Positions 1-16,601 of a DNA stretch of 43,545 nucleotides are shown here, in pieces. Every line of letters begins with the position of its first letter. The first letter of the stretch is position 1. Source of the DNA: Bigelowiella natans CCMP2755 (Eukaryota > Protista > Cercozoa). A program made the translations under genes and the position numbers. The notes beneath the pieces are model-generated. The model saw only the letters and a program-made list of their open reading frames with translations, was not told the DNA's origin and did no database searches. Location: the NCBI GenBank assembly GCA_000320545.1, contig ADNK01000262.1:1-43545 (forward strand). The letters run 5' to 3'.

Positions 1-104
1 ATTATTCCGTGTTGGTGAACGGATATGCTCATTCGTTTGAGTGCCTGGAGAGGGTCGTGATGGTTCTTGCGACACGTTGTTTGTGAGTTATGTTAGTTAC
101 GTAC

Positions 105-3177
<3,073 letters not shown>

Positions 3178-3549
3178 CGATCCTGCTCGCCTCCCTACTG
3201 GAAGGTTTTCCTGGTTTTCCTTTGGATCGGAGGCAGAGGGCTGATCGAAGGGCTCTGCTTTCTCATGCGATTTGATCCATGTAATCGAGGGAAATGGGTT
3301 GTCGCACAGGAAGATTGGCATTACATTCCAACGGATTTTTAGCACATACCGAGCGACAGAGATTGGCATGCCTTGATGGCTTTGACCACTGCAAAATCAA
3401 TCGTGCCAATTCGCTCCAGGTGTGTCATTCATTCGGGGCCAAGCTAGCAAGGGGGGAGGAGGGGGAGGGAAGGGGAGGGGGGTACTTCTGAGTCCGAATG
3501 ACTGCACCATGTTATTCCAAAAACTTCATCGTAGTTTATCAGCGATCAG

Positions 3550-4265
3550 CAATTAGCAATTGTTCTGATCTAGCAGTCTAGTAGTGCATGCTAGAGTGCG
3601 CTAGGCTAGCTAGCTAGAGTGCACATTGACTGATCGATTGATGCCATGCATCGATCTGGCGCATGTCGCTCGATCCAAGTCTAGAAATGTGCAGAGCCGA
3701 CAATCAGCAGAGTGCATTCAGTAAACTAACATAGCTAGATGGGGCCAATTATCTGCTATGCGTGGAGTTCTAGAGCTAGCTAGCTAGCAAGATCCATGGA
3801 TGGATCTAGAGATGTGCAGGCATGCACAAATGAGATTTTCCGGGCTTGCTAGCTTGTCGGCAACATTAATAAGACCTGTAGACGGGCTAGCTAGCTAGCT
3901 AGCATGCAATGAACCACATGCAATGCTAGCAATGGCTACCTAGCTACCTAGCTAGCTAGATGACTAGATGGCGGGTTGTCAGACAGATGCGATGTATGGC
4001 TAGCATGCCTAGCTAGCTAGATGCGAGTACCATCTCTAGATCTAGTTAACTAGCACCGGCGCTGCATGCCACTAAAAGTAAGTGCGCGGTGTGGACCTAT
4101 GTTAGATGACACATGCAAACTGTGTGCACCGTGCCTGTCATTGTCGCTGTGCTTGGAACGCGCAGAGTGCAGTTGCGTTGCAAACGTTCCTGAACGCACG
4201 CTAGCACACCGGCTGCTACACTATCTAGCCATCATGAAAACACAAAACTCAAATTCGGTCTAGCG
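3550..4265. repeat. CTAG/GCTAGC/CATG palindrome-rich intergenic tract
   Basis: Dense words such as gctagctagctagctagcatgc (~3886-3907) and ctagctagctagatgc; no credible ORF. Confidence 0.8.
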
Positions 4266-4575
4266 TGACTCAGTGATTTGTGCAGACAACTTAACGTGAA
4301 CACACCAAAACAAGAAGGATGATGCCACAAACCCATGTGTATGAAAGAAAGCAGTACTTCCAAAGTTCACTTCATGTTGTCAAGCCTGCTACTTCTAAGA
4401 GGTAGTAACATGCCAAGCTTCCCGAACAAACAAATGTCAGGGAATCCTTAAAGTGTGAAAATTTGTTGCAAGCTAGTAAGCACGCCACAGTGCTCGTAGT
4501 AAGGGGACAAAATTAAGCAAAAACGGAATTCGAATGGCCCCAAATCAATCCAGATATCGAGGTAATACAAAGTTT

Positions 4576-5674
4576 TCACTTGCTCATGCCCCTCTTGTGA
4601 GACGTGATCATCGAGCCGCGGGGTATGGTTGGGCGACGAGATCGGCCGTGCTGTCTCGCACTCATACTACCCCCCCCCCTCACTTTGGCTGGGGAGACCG
4701 GAGCAGATGCAGGGACAACACGCTTAACCTGCTTCGTGGGCTTGCCTAGCTGGCACTGGTTCACCTTCGAGGCGAACCTAAGGGAGCAGATGGTTTCGTT
4801 CTGCGACTGCATTGTCGGGGAGAGGTTGACGAACATCATCGTTTTCCCGTCCTTCCCGAAGCAGTTCTGGAGCAAGTAGGTCAGCTTCGAGTTCCTGTAA
4901 GGGATGTGGGGGCTCTTCTGCGCGATGTTGAAGAAGACGTCAGACAGGCAGCTCAGACTTTTGTTGATAGCTTGCGTCTCCTTTAGTCGATCGCCAGTAA
5001 CCTGGCTTCGTGAGAGCCTCTCACTCCCCGCGAGGTCACATAGATGCAGCTGCCCCGTGGCCTCAAGGCCTTGCTTCTTATTCGTTCCAGTAAGGTACAT
5101 TGTGAAGACGCTATGGCTCCGGCTTGATTGTATGTTCATCTTCGTTGCTGCTACCGAGCGGGCCTTGTTTGCCTGTACAATGAGGTCTGCGACAGCCTCC
5201 ATGCTTTTAACCTATGTGTATGTATGCGTAAATACTCGGATATCTTTGCAACTATGTCGAGGTCAAATGCAGATTTGCAGGACCATATCAAAAATCAATG
5301 GAAACACCCACCCACCCCCCCACACACACACCCACACACAACCAGCACAGAGCAGCGCGCGCTTGACGTACCTCGACTTTCGTAAGGCCGACGACTTCTA
5401 CATTGTCCCTGCTCTTCGAAAGCTTGATCTCAAGGCCACCAGCCTTTTGCCCTTTACTGTTGTTGTTGTTGTTGTTGCCGAGGAGGTCACGAATGGTCTC
5501 GTTGTATATCTCTAGGAAAGACACACGTAGCACATACTGCCAGCCCTGCTGCTTCAGCCGACTTGCTTGTTCGAGAACCTACCCCAAGGAGAACAGCAGA
5601 GCACTGAATCACACTCCTGTTGCGATGGCGGCGAGCACTAATACACTACTTGATAGACAATGGTGGTGGTAGTT

Positions 5675-5710
<36 letters not shown>

Positions 5711-5914
5711 CCTTCTCGATGGAGCGGGGAATCATGCCGCGCATTTCTCCATCCGGACTTCCCTGCATCGTATGCGTCTTCCCTGAGCCGGTCTGCCCGT
5801 ACGAGAACAAGCACACGTTGTATCCATCCAGGGCGCTTTGCACCAATGCCGACACCTAATTTTTATTTTTCAAATGCCCAATAAAGCGAATATGAGTTGA
5901 TGATACATGTGAGT

Positions 5915-5997
<83 letters not shown>

Positions 5998-7786
5998 ACC
6001 CCCCCCCCTCCCTCTCCTCTTACCTCCTCAAAGCATTGTGCCTGCGTGGACTCGAAACGGAATACGTGGTCAAACTTGAAACGGTGCTTCTTAGAGCGCT
6101 CCCCGACGCTCTGGATCAACACCGTTCGGCTATCAGGCTCGAATCGAATCGGGGTTCCCACGTTTTCGCCGTCGTGGGACAGGAACGGACGCACTCTGAC
6201 CATCACGCGGATGTTGCCCTTCAGGTCTTGGATCTGGTTGTGGAGCTCACGCCTCGTCATCTCTGCATGGAACATCTGCTGCTTTAGGCGGTCATTCTCC
6301 TGCCTCAGATCGTCGAGCTCCTTGTTGAGGGACTCCTTATCGGCGAGTTCAGCCCTCTGCGTTTCGAGCTGCATCGTCATATCCATGAGCCTTTGCATTT
6401 GCTGCTGCTGGTTGCTGTCAGCGACATTCTCAACCTGCATCTTCTGCAAGGAGGAGATCTCAATGCTCTTCATGTCAACCTCGCGCTTCAGTTCGTTGTT
6501 CTCCGCCATGATCTTGTTCATTTGGCTGGTGTGCTCACTCATGGCGCCCCGGAGCTTCTTGGCCTCCTCTTCTAGCCCCTCTTTGCGTAGCTTCACATCC
6601 TCTAAATCGCGCTTAAGACCGTCCCTCTCCCTTTCGACAAGATTCAAACTCTCCCTGCACTTGTTCTCAAGTTCAAAGCGCATCTGCTGGTTCTCCTGGT
6701 TCTTCTTCATAAGTTCGTCGGCACGTTCCTTGTAGTCCTTCACCTCGCTGTGGGCCTTCTCGAGCTGCTTTTTCATCTCGGTCAGGTGCTCTCGCGACTG
6801 GTCGAACATCTTCTCTTGCTGCTGCATCACCATCTTGAGCTCTTGCACCTTGGCCTCAGTCAAGAGTTTCCCCATTTTGATCTCCGTAGCGGACTTCTCA
6901 CTGGCATGAACTTCGGACTGTAGACTCTGAATCTTTTCGCGCGTATCTCTGATCTCAGATTCTAACCTGCCAATGCTCTGTTCCTTGGACTTTATCTCCT
7001 CTTGCAGCGAAGTGACCGATCGTTCGGAAGAAGCAATCTTTCGCCTCTCATCCTCAAGCTCCCTGTCGTACTTGGAACGAAGCTCTTCCAAGTCTTTCTG
7101 GCCTTGCGCCTTCAGGTCGTCGTACTGCTTCTTGAGATCCCTCTCCATTTGCGTGAACTTCAAGAGTTCCATCTCGGCGCTGCGCTCCTGCTTCTTCATT
7201 GACTGGATTTGTGAATTGAGCTCATCCTTCTTTGCATGGAGCTGCTCTTGTAGCGCCGACACCTCCTCTTTCAGCTTGGATTCGAGGAGAGCAAGAGAGC
7301 TCTTCTCTTTCTCCCAAGCTTCTTTCTGTGAGGCCGCTTCCTGGACCTTCTGCTCCAGGATAGCTGTGGCGGTTTTGGATTGAGCGCAACTCTCTGAGAG
7401 AGTGTCGATTTGACCCCTGAGTTGGGTTTCGATGTCTGTTCTCCTTTCCTGAGTAAGTGCGAGAGGAGGACAGAGAGGGTCATGCATGCCACAACAATCA
7501 ACTAGCTTCTTTCTAAATAATGAAGGATATCCTACCTCTGCTTTCTGCAGCCGTTCCTTCAGGTCGCCGCTCAATTTCTCGAGGTTTTCGACCTATCAGT
7601 TCACACAGCAAAAATTTAAATTAAATGCAAAGTAACAGCGTGAGATAGGCCTTCATAATTAAGTTAAAAACTGTACTTGTTGGATTCTTTGATCCATTTC
7701 TCCTTTTCGTTTTGCTTCCTCCTCCCTTAAGAATGTAGCACAGTGTAAGAAAAACTGAGAAAACAAAAAAAAAGAGCGAGCGAGCG

Positions 7787-7840
<54 letters not shown>

Positions 7841-8949
7841 GTGATACATTACCGAATGTCAGCCCTCAGTTGTGCTTTACGATCAACAAAACCGCGAAGC
7901 AACTTTTTGATTTTACGGAGAAGAGCCTGAGGGGAAATGAGAGAAGGGGATTCGTTATGATCCGATACTGTCGAAAGCGAACTCTTAAAAGTACCCTTTG
8001 ATCGTCAGAGTACTTCTTGAGCTTAAATTTTTGGATTGGAATCTATTGTGGATATAACTGGGTGTGAGAAACAGTGGGGAACTTCGTTGTTGACAGACTT
8101 ATTAGAAGAGATAGTACCTTGGTTGACACATACTCATCTCGTTTCAGTTCAAACTCACCGCCAAAGTACCTCTCAACCATCATCTCTACTGGCCTGTAGA
8201 GGAGTCATTCTTACGTAAGATAGAATTAGGAGACGCTGAGACGTTAACCTACCCCAAATTTGTTAGATCCTCGACACCCTCCTCAATGATCAATGTCCCC
8301 CCCCTCATTTTCTTCTCAGGAGACGAGTTGGTTGAAGCCTATAGATGTATACAACGGTAAGGATACTTCTTTTGCATTGATGAGATTGTCTGTACCAACG
8401 GCGTATTGCTTGGACTTGTTCGCTTCGATCCAATCAGGTTGGCAAGAGATCCAGACCCTGGCCTTGAATTAGATCTCGATCCTGCTCTTGAGCTCTGCCT
8501 GGAACTCGCACGCCTATTGGTTTGCAACTTTTATTTTGATCATATATTACAGAAGTAAAAGACACTACTAGACCTGGTCGTATTAATGCTTGCCCTCGAT
8601 GATATCGAAGTCCTTGATGCTGAGGAGACGCGAGTGTTCCTCGACCACGGTTGGAGGCTGTATTCGTGTTCAACTTAAATCGTGTTTGTGTTAGAAACAT
8701 GAAAATGTGGCTCACCTCTTCCCGGTAACCTTTGCCTTCCTGGTAGCTCGTGTGTTGTAAGGTTTCGAGTTTTCCTTATTTTCTAAGTACAAAGAGTGCG
8801 AATTTACAGCGGGCATGAATTGGTTTTTTGTATTTCCTTAAGGAATCTGCACGCAAGATGTAACGAACTCAAAAATTCACTGTACTTTCGATGCGCATTG
8901 ATGTCGGGATAGCAGATGGTATCTTGAGGCGTGAGCGTGTGCGATCCAT
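4576..8949 (-). CDS. Kinesin-14 (KIFC1/Kar3/Ncd-type, C-terminal motor), multi-exon
   Basis: Basic Ser/Arg N-tail exons, long coiled-coil exon (~6020-7450), kinesin-14 neck [16 protein letters not shown]-loop [62 protein letters not shown]. Start [12 protein letters not shown] at 8949 is tentative. Confidence 0.95.
5919..5995. repeat. (AT)n microsatellite in a kinesin intron
   Basis: Perfect AT run. Confidence 0.95.
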
Positions 8950-9482
8950 GGCTATGATAGATGAGGATCCTTCCTTGCTCTGATTGCTTGAATCCCAGTC
9001 TAACAAAATTTACATTCTCAGCATACTAGCCACCAAATTTCTTCCCATTGTACTTTGCATAACAAAATTTTGACTATTGGTATCTAAACCCTCCCCTAAT
9101 TCATTGAGGCAACCAGTAAAGTCTGCTCGTCGATGCTGGTATGCCAAAAGTGATATATTTTATTTTCAGCCTTATTTTAATCAAGCTCTGTAAACAAGGA
9201 GAGCACAATCAGACCATTAGTGTAATACGACATGCAAATATTCATATCGCGATTTCATGTTCACGTTTACTCAGTATCCATTTTTGGACAATTTGACAAA
9301 ACAATATGCTGACCAACAAATCGCCAACGGTTAGGAGATCAAACAGAAAATTGTCCAAATTTGAAAAGGACCCGATTTTATGAAAATAGACAGTCGTTCA
9401 GCAAAAATGTCTTTGATTCAATACTTCGTCAAAGGAAGCTTTGTTTTTTGAGCATTGCATCGAGGGCTTATTTCAGGGATCC

Positions 9483-11541
9483 ATGAGATCCTCAAGTGCG
9501 ACGTAGATTCTGCAAGGTCGTACGAATAAATTCAAGGACATATTTGGTTAAGATCCAGGAAGAATCCCGTTCAGGTGGAACCCTCTTCATCAAAAGTAGT
9601 GTTCGAACTACATGCTCCTCCCTATCCTGGTACATCTCTGTTCTTTTGCACCAATTGCAGAAACATTTCCGGTTTTCTAAAGGGTTTGATACAATCTCTC
9701 AGTAGTGTTTTGGTTAGTATGGAACAGTTCTTGCCGTCTCTGGCATCAATGTCTCGAAGAAGGAACGCATTACAATCAAGACTATAGATGTGGGCATCGA
9801 GGGTGTGAAGGAGAGCTTTCAGGATGCTGTAAGCTTCGGTTTTGCATCAGAATGCGAGCTTACTATCGCACAGAGTTATTGTTCAAAAGAAGGTTCGCAA
9901 TTCCTTTTTTTACGTGCTCTAATTTTCATTGACAAGTCTGATAATATAGGCAAGGAGGATACCTTTTGCAAGAGTGGTCTATTGAACTCATGTGAGTTGT
10001 TGAGACCGAAGTGCATTGGTTTTGAGATTGATCGATGCAGTGATGATATCGAGTGCTGCCAATGCTCATTTGTCGACTGTCCTCTGTCGGTAAGAACTCA
10101 CACTTTTCACATCAAATACACAATAAATCCATCGAAATAAATTTCTCCTCAGAAAGCCGCTTGCAACAAGATCGCCGAAGAATGTTTTTATGCTGACTTT
10201 GTCACGCTTCAACTCGAGGACAATGAGATTAAAATTCTAAGGTGATTTCATCTGTTTGCCTCAAGTCCTTGATATCCTAAGGAGAAACCCTCATGTTTTC
10301 AAGGAAACTCTTCGAAAAATTCGACGAAGATGCGGATGGCATGCTGAATTTCTCAGAAACCATGAGTCTTATTGAGGTGGATATGCATACTTAAGTTTGA
10401 CTCGGGGTGACGACTTCCTTTTATTAACAGAAAGCGGAAACAAATGCAACTAAGCCGGCGAACAGATTGGCAGACAGGTCGAAAATATTGTCGGAGTTCC
10501 AACAAATACAGCTATATTATATTCATTGTCCAAGACTTATCAACTAGAATAATCATTCTGGTCACAGAAAGGTTCCACACTATTCTCTTACATACTATTT
10601 GAAATTCGTGATACATTCTAGGCCGAGCAAAAAGAAATCTCTCCCTACTGGTAAAATTATTATCAACGAACGAGTTATCGAAAAAACCACAGTAAAAAAT
10701 CTTGGGCGAGAAGACTTCGAAAAGCTATGCGTTACCGTGAGCGAGAATCCTTCCAAGGTTAGTGCGATAGATAGTGTGAAAACAGCTATTACATACACGC
10801 ACATGCCTTTTCTTACATATTATCACCTGTAAAACTTTACTGTCCATTCTAGGATGATATATAACTCTTTGCACCCCTCGATCTTATTTTTTCCACTGTA
10901 TTTGGGAACTCCTAGGGAGTTTCCCTTGGAACCTTCTTTAAGATTTTCGCTAAGCACCACGGCTGGTTCTACCAGCACATTCAGCGCCTTGTTCACCACG
11001 AACAGTATCAGATCATGCGAAGGTTCTTACCTAAATTTCATTAGATATAGTGAGACTATATTCACGTCCATATTCCCCGGGATACAGAGACGGGTGCTCT
11101 ACCACCGCGAAGGCCAAGGAAGAGATTGATCATAATATAGCTGTTGCAATGCGAAAGGTTGTTAAAGTCCTCTGAATGCCCATGCCATATTTGAGCGAAC
11201 AATTTATCAGGACGGTATCCTTGTCGCTGACACTGCCCATAGCAAGTTAGCAGAGGATCCATGCGATGCAGAACCTGTCTTGAAAGAGCAACACCAGACC
11301 ATTGAAGACAATGTAGTTACAACGGGCCAACCAATGACAAAAATGGCTGAGAAGCCCGTGGAAAAATCTGTCAATGCAGAGGTTAAGCTGTTGAAATGAA
11401 TGAGAGCACATGTTTGTAAGAATATTTATCCGTACTTTTGCACCATTTTAGACATTTGAAACGCAACCAGTCACTTTCGGTGTGTTCAAGACATTAATCA
11501 AAATGGTTGGGGGCTTCTGGGAACAACTAATGGAGCTGTGA
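9483..11541 (+). CDS. Hypothetical protein with Cys-rich region and one EF-hand, multi-exon
   Basis: Short-intron exons splice to ...HAPPYPVVFWLVWNSSCRLWHQC...CGHRGCEGELSGCCKEDTFC...CCQCSFVDCPLS KAACNKIAEEC... KLFEKFDEDADGMLNFSETMSLIE (12-residue EF loop) ...GGFWEQLMEL*. The start is uncertain (9483 or 9407). Confidence 0.7.
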
Positions 11542-11669
11542 AAAGAAGACGTCTAATGGAAGTCAGGTCGAACTCTGAAGTAAATGTGTCAGTTCTGTGG
11601 ATCCTTTGCCAGTCCGAAATCCTAAAACAGATCTAAATTACACGCACAACAAGCACCTGCCGTCTCATA

Positions 11670-11713
<44 letters not shown>

Positions 11714-11789
11714 GATGTTACTGTGTCTATTATGAGCGATCCGATTTTGTAGTCCTGTGTGAAAGGATGCGTCGAGGTGCATGCGTCCA

Positions 11790-12585
11790 ACAACAGTCAC
11801 TAGCTAGCTAGGTCACTCGGTAAGTCTAGCAGTAATACCAATGGTGAACATGCAATTCTAAAATTGTGAACAAGATGACATGCGACATGGCAAGTGAAGG
11901 TGAAACAATCTAGCAATGATCGTCATGAAGGCGTACCTGCTCTTCACGGTGGTGTGATGCTGTCTTGGCGGGTTCTACAGGCATGTCAGGCACGCGTGCA
12001 ATCTAGCAACGCTGCAATGCTTGCGCGAGATGTGGTTGCAAGAAACATTCTTGAGACGAGCGCATGCGTGGCGAAGTGAACAAAACGAACGAACAACAAC
12101 ACTAGCATAGGCATGCTAGCACTAAAGCATGCCGTGAGCCACTCTAGCACTGCTAGCTGCTAGTTAACTAGCTAGCTAGCTAGGAAAATTCTCCAGCTAC
12201 TAGCCAGCTAGCCAGGCTGCCAAACCGTCACGGCGGTGACGCATTCTGATTGAATTGAGACGCACGAAGTGGCATGCCTACATACTAGCTAGCTAGCATG
12301 CTAGCATGCGTGCACAGCACCAGTTTAGCTAGCTAGTAGTGCATGTCATTGGTCTCAGAGTGCACGCTAGCACCTCTGACACACCTACCTAGACATGCAA
12401 CAGCTCTAGAGCGGTCCACCTAGCGTTGCACATCACTAGATCATTGCATGTGGGTACAGCGCTCTGCGCACAGCCATACATGCACGTACATGTACCGATG
12501 ATGGGTAATGTGTAATGGCTGCACTGACAACGCCGGAAGCAGCACAGTATAGATTTGCTAGCTTCAGCATCCAATCCATCATGCT
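11790..12585. repeat. CTAG/GCATGC palindrome-rich tract between convergent genes
   Basis: ctagttaactagctagctagctag (~12160-12183) and ctagctagctagcatgctagcatgc (~12285-12309). Confidence 0.8.
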
Positions 12586-14246
12586 TCATCTAGGGACCAT
12601 TTGAGAAATCTCAGACAGCATAGTTTCTGCAGATTCATCTAATTCCAGACCAATCTTATCCTGAAAAAAAATGCTTTAAGTATTGTAGAATGGGTTTAGT
12701 GGTACCTTACCTGTAATTTTTTCTTTTTCATAGAGCAATTTTCTAAGAACACTCCTACCATATCGGTCACCTTTGGTTCCATGCAAATCTCTTAATTCCT
12801 TTGTAATCAGATGCTTTAATCAAACAACTTACCGCTCTTCTCTTTTTCTTCCAATGGCCCTGAATATCATTCAAATTAGGGTATTGAACAGTTTGTATTT
12901 GGGTTTGTTGATAATGCGAATGCTAGTCTCTCCAGTTGGAGCAGCGAGAACTTACCACGAAATCTCTCAATTCACGATCCATCTCATTCAGCTTATCTTT
13001 GGAGAAACACGTTTGATTTTCCTTCAATTGTTGAAGGTACACTTTTGAACAAAACAAACCAAAATCAGAGTCACTATCTCTACCACAAGCTTCGTCGATT
13101 CCTTAAAATTCACCTCTTTTCTCCTCGAGCTGAATAATTATAATATGCATATCAGCTTGGCAATGTGATCGCTAAATGCAGTCTCACCTGCTGGGCAGCC
13201 TTTTCTAGACTTTGTTCCAATTGTTCATCGGTCAACGAAGCTTCAAGGGATCCGATGTCTTTTCAAGTAGAAAAACGTGTGTTTCTAGTGATAGGATGAT
13301 CGAAAAAATGTTACCAGCTGTCACATTTTTAATGCTAGTTTGCAATTCTGCGTGGTCTTTTTTCAACTGAAAATTTGATGCACAATTAATTAAAGTCTGG
13401 TTTGATCTTTATAGTTAAGAGAATTATCACTTCGCCAATCTTTTCATCAATCTCTTTCATTTTCTCAGCCGACACTGTTTCAAAATTGCTCTGACATACA
13501 CATTATAAATTCACAATACGGACAATTCACTGGGCCTAGAAGTCGAATTATTTCAACCTGATTTGGGTAATATAGTTTCGTCTTCCCGAATTCTTGGCAA
13601 ATAAGATCTCCTGAAACATTTCAGTTGCTTCAGCATGGGTTAATTTAGGAAACTTATTTCTACCCTCTTTTGAAAGAGCCTCTAGGACAGTGGGAACCTA
13701 TATGGAAAAAAAAAAAATACTGTCACAACGAATCGGTGTTTCGGAGAAGCAACCTACCATGGACTTTTTCACTGTGCTGTGTAAGTTGTCAAATATCTGG
13801 GTATGGCTATATGGGCGATTTTGCTGATTTAAATTATCGAATGAGGATAATTGCTTTGAAAAAACACACCACTATGAGTTTGGTTCTATTTTGAACCTTC
13901 AGCAGATAATCTTTAACTTGAGTGAGTGAGCTTTCCCAAGAAAGCGTCGCAGCCTTCTGGCTTTTTTTCGGTGGCTTCTTTTTACTATTTTTGGTCTTTG
14001 GAGCAGGAGACTTTCGTTTCTTTCCAGCCTACGTCAAAAAGTTCTTAGGAAACTATTATCCAGAATGAGAAATACCTAATCGAGAAGGAAATGCTTCACT
14101 TCTGATTCGGGCGAGGTAACCTTCTTTGAGGGTGTAGATTTCTTTCTTTTTGACGGTGTGGACTTCTTCGAGGTCTTCTTTGCCTTAGAGGATTTGGAAC
14201 CTGTGTCTTCTGGAGGTGCGAAGTCGGAGTCTGAGTCACCACCCAT
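12586..14246 (-). CDS. HOP2: Homologous-pairing protein 2 (HOP2/TBPIP/PSMC3IP), 13 exons
   Basis: Spliced winged helix VKDYLLKQNRPYSHTQIFDNLHSTVKKSMVPTVLEALSKEGDLICQEFGKTKLYYPNQ, coiled coil with SLTDEQL, and C-terminal WKKKRR...MKKKKLQDKIGLELDE. All are HOP2 hallmarks, and all junction phases are consistent. Confidence 0.93.
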
Positions 14247-14757
14247 GACTGGCGAAATAGGCTTTCGAATTTTGTGGCACGGGGAACGAGCAATGGCGGG
14301 AAGACGTTCCGTTTCCTGATATTCTCTAGAAGGAAAAGAGACGGCAACAAATCGGCAACAACTCGCCAACAACATATACATGTTGCGCATGCATCAAATT
14401 CATATTATGAAGTAGAAACTACTACAGTAACAAATAATATTTTGCACAGATTCGTGCACCAAGCCTCTCCTTTCCTGCTTTTGTTGATTTTTCCCGAACT
14501 CTGATCGTATTATTCAATGTTAAAGATGCGATATGTCTGCAACAATGTTCACAACAAGTCAGAACGAGGAAAAGCAATAACACACTGTGAACAGGAACGA
14601 AATAACCGTTTGTTTTGTACTAAACTCATACTCGAATTTAGCTTTCCGACCATATCGGGATGTCGCAGCAAAAAAGTCCACAGCATTTTTTGCCCTTTAC
14701 AACAATTTTGAAAATTATCGCTCATTTCCCAAAGACATATCGGGGGGGCACTATCCG

Positions 14758-16569
14758 ATGAGCGAGCGGAAAGCCCGTGAAGGGGGGGGAAAGAAGAGCG
14801 CTGCGCAATCCAAAGGCGTTGATCAAGATGAACTCTCGAATAAGAACAGCGAGGTCATCATGCAATTTTGACGTCAGCGCGTTGAAATAGCTAATCTTTT
14901 TGAAAATGCTTCAGGAGAATAAAGAAGATGACCTTCCTGGACCACGTCCCCTCCCGCAAACCTTAACAGATGAGGTGGTCCTATTTTATTTCAATACAAT
15001 AACTAGCCAACTACAATCATTTGCGTTTCCAGCTTTTCACATGTTTGAAATATAATGCAGGAGCTCTTCATGTGGTTTGATACCCAACTAGCGATGAAGA
15101 ATATGGTCTCGACTGCATCCGAAACGACACTAAAACAAATAATAGTGTGTGTATAATATAATATGATTTTCGTGGAATACGTCCATTGTCATATACACGT
15201 ACTGTCCAAATATCTGTCTGTGTTTGTACATGTGTGTATGCGTGTGAGACTCTCTAAAGACACTTCCCACCCAGATCATCATGGAGCAAGAGCAGGCTAT
15301 CGTTACACTTAATAAGATCTTATGCGACATCGCCTTAAGACGTAGCAATACGTCAGTCAACAGTCCATCAACAAAGACTAAAACTGAACACTCGGATCTT
15401 GCCGTTCTGCAGGTGAGAGGATTTTCACTCAAAGTCACCCGTATACACTCCGAGAGATCAAATTTCATCCTGCATTCACTTAATACCACTAATTTTCCTG
15501 ATTTATCTTTCCTATAGAAACAATTGGAGCGATGTGAGATGGAGTTGGCTGATGCGGAGAGGGAGAGGGATTACCTCACAAAGCAACTTCAGATGAGGTG
15601 GTAGATCTGTAGTGATGAAGTAGTAATTTCCAAATAATAAAGGGATTGTTTGCTAAAACGCTAATCTGGTGCCTCCATAATTCCTTACACCATGGTGTCT
15701 CCTTACCTAACAGGGGGTCACAGGTTAATACGCCTGAGTTGACTCGGGAGGCGAAGCAGCCTCAGCCTCCGACTGAGGAGATGTTATTTGCGCGTTTTGC
15801 ATCGCCCGGGAGCAAGAGTTCGCTGCTGAAGAAAAGACTGTATAGAGATAATCCTGCTGAAGCTAGTCTACGAGGAAATTTAAGGAAAAATATTGACCAT
15901 AAGGTTGGGTTGTTACTCTGATTAGCATTAACATTATGATATGGTAAGTTGTCACAGCGATATTAAGCAGCTCTATTTTCATCATCCTATATGGAACACC
16001 GCCCGTACAATTATCTTTTTAAAAAATTTCTTGCCATCATCATCGTCATCATCATCATTATCATCATCAATCATTGCCGTTCTTGTGGCCATAATCATAC
16101 CAATTTTTCTTTCAACAAATACCTTCGTCTCCTCTGCCAAGCATTCATTATATCTGTTTGATCTGATCTACTCTTCTACCAAACCAGCCTCGCGCAGACC
16201 CTTGCTGCTCGTTTTCTCTTACTCCAGATAGTAAGAGAGAAGGACGATCCTCCAAAGCAGAGCCCTCCCTCTCCCTCTCACCACTAAAACAGCCCCGAAG
16301 CGTGGACAACGACAGGAAGGAAGGCATTCTCAAGACTTCATCGTTCTCGCCGTCCTTGCAGCATTCTGGATCATCATCAGCAGCAGCATTACCACAAACC
16401 CCATCATCATCTTCATCATTATCGATACCATTATCTAAGTTACCAAATGGTGAAAACACTTGTGCTAGCAATAGGAGTAAAAAGTGTGCGAAGAATGGTA
16501 GTCGACCTTGTGGCGATACCAAAGACATGAATCCTTCGAGCAGAAACATCCGTACCGAGAAAAAAACAA

Positions 16570-16601
<32 letters not shown>

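Noticed and set aside
6036-7383. Long plus-strand ORFs over the kinesin coiled coil
   Set aside because: They are antisense shadows of a codon-biased exon and contain no motifs.
9435-9476. Possible non-canonical GA-AG or GC-AG first intron if the gene starts at ATG 9407
   Set aside because: A fully canonical model exists (ATG 9483, AC|gtagat...ttaag|A TCC), so nothing unusual is required.
9683-9720. Two in-frame TAGs suggesting stop-codon reassignment
   Set aside because: The acceptor ctcag|TA GTG gives a phase-consistent open frame, and TAG is a real stop in asnB, WDR54 and the zinc-finger gene.
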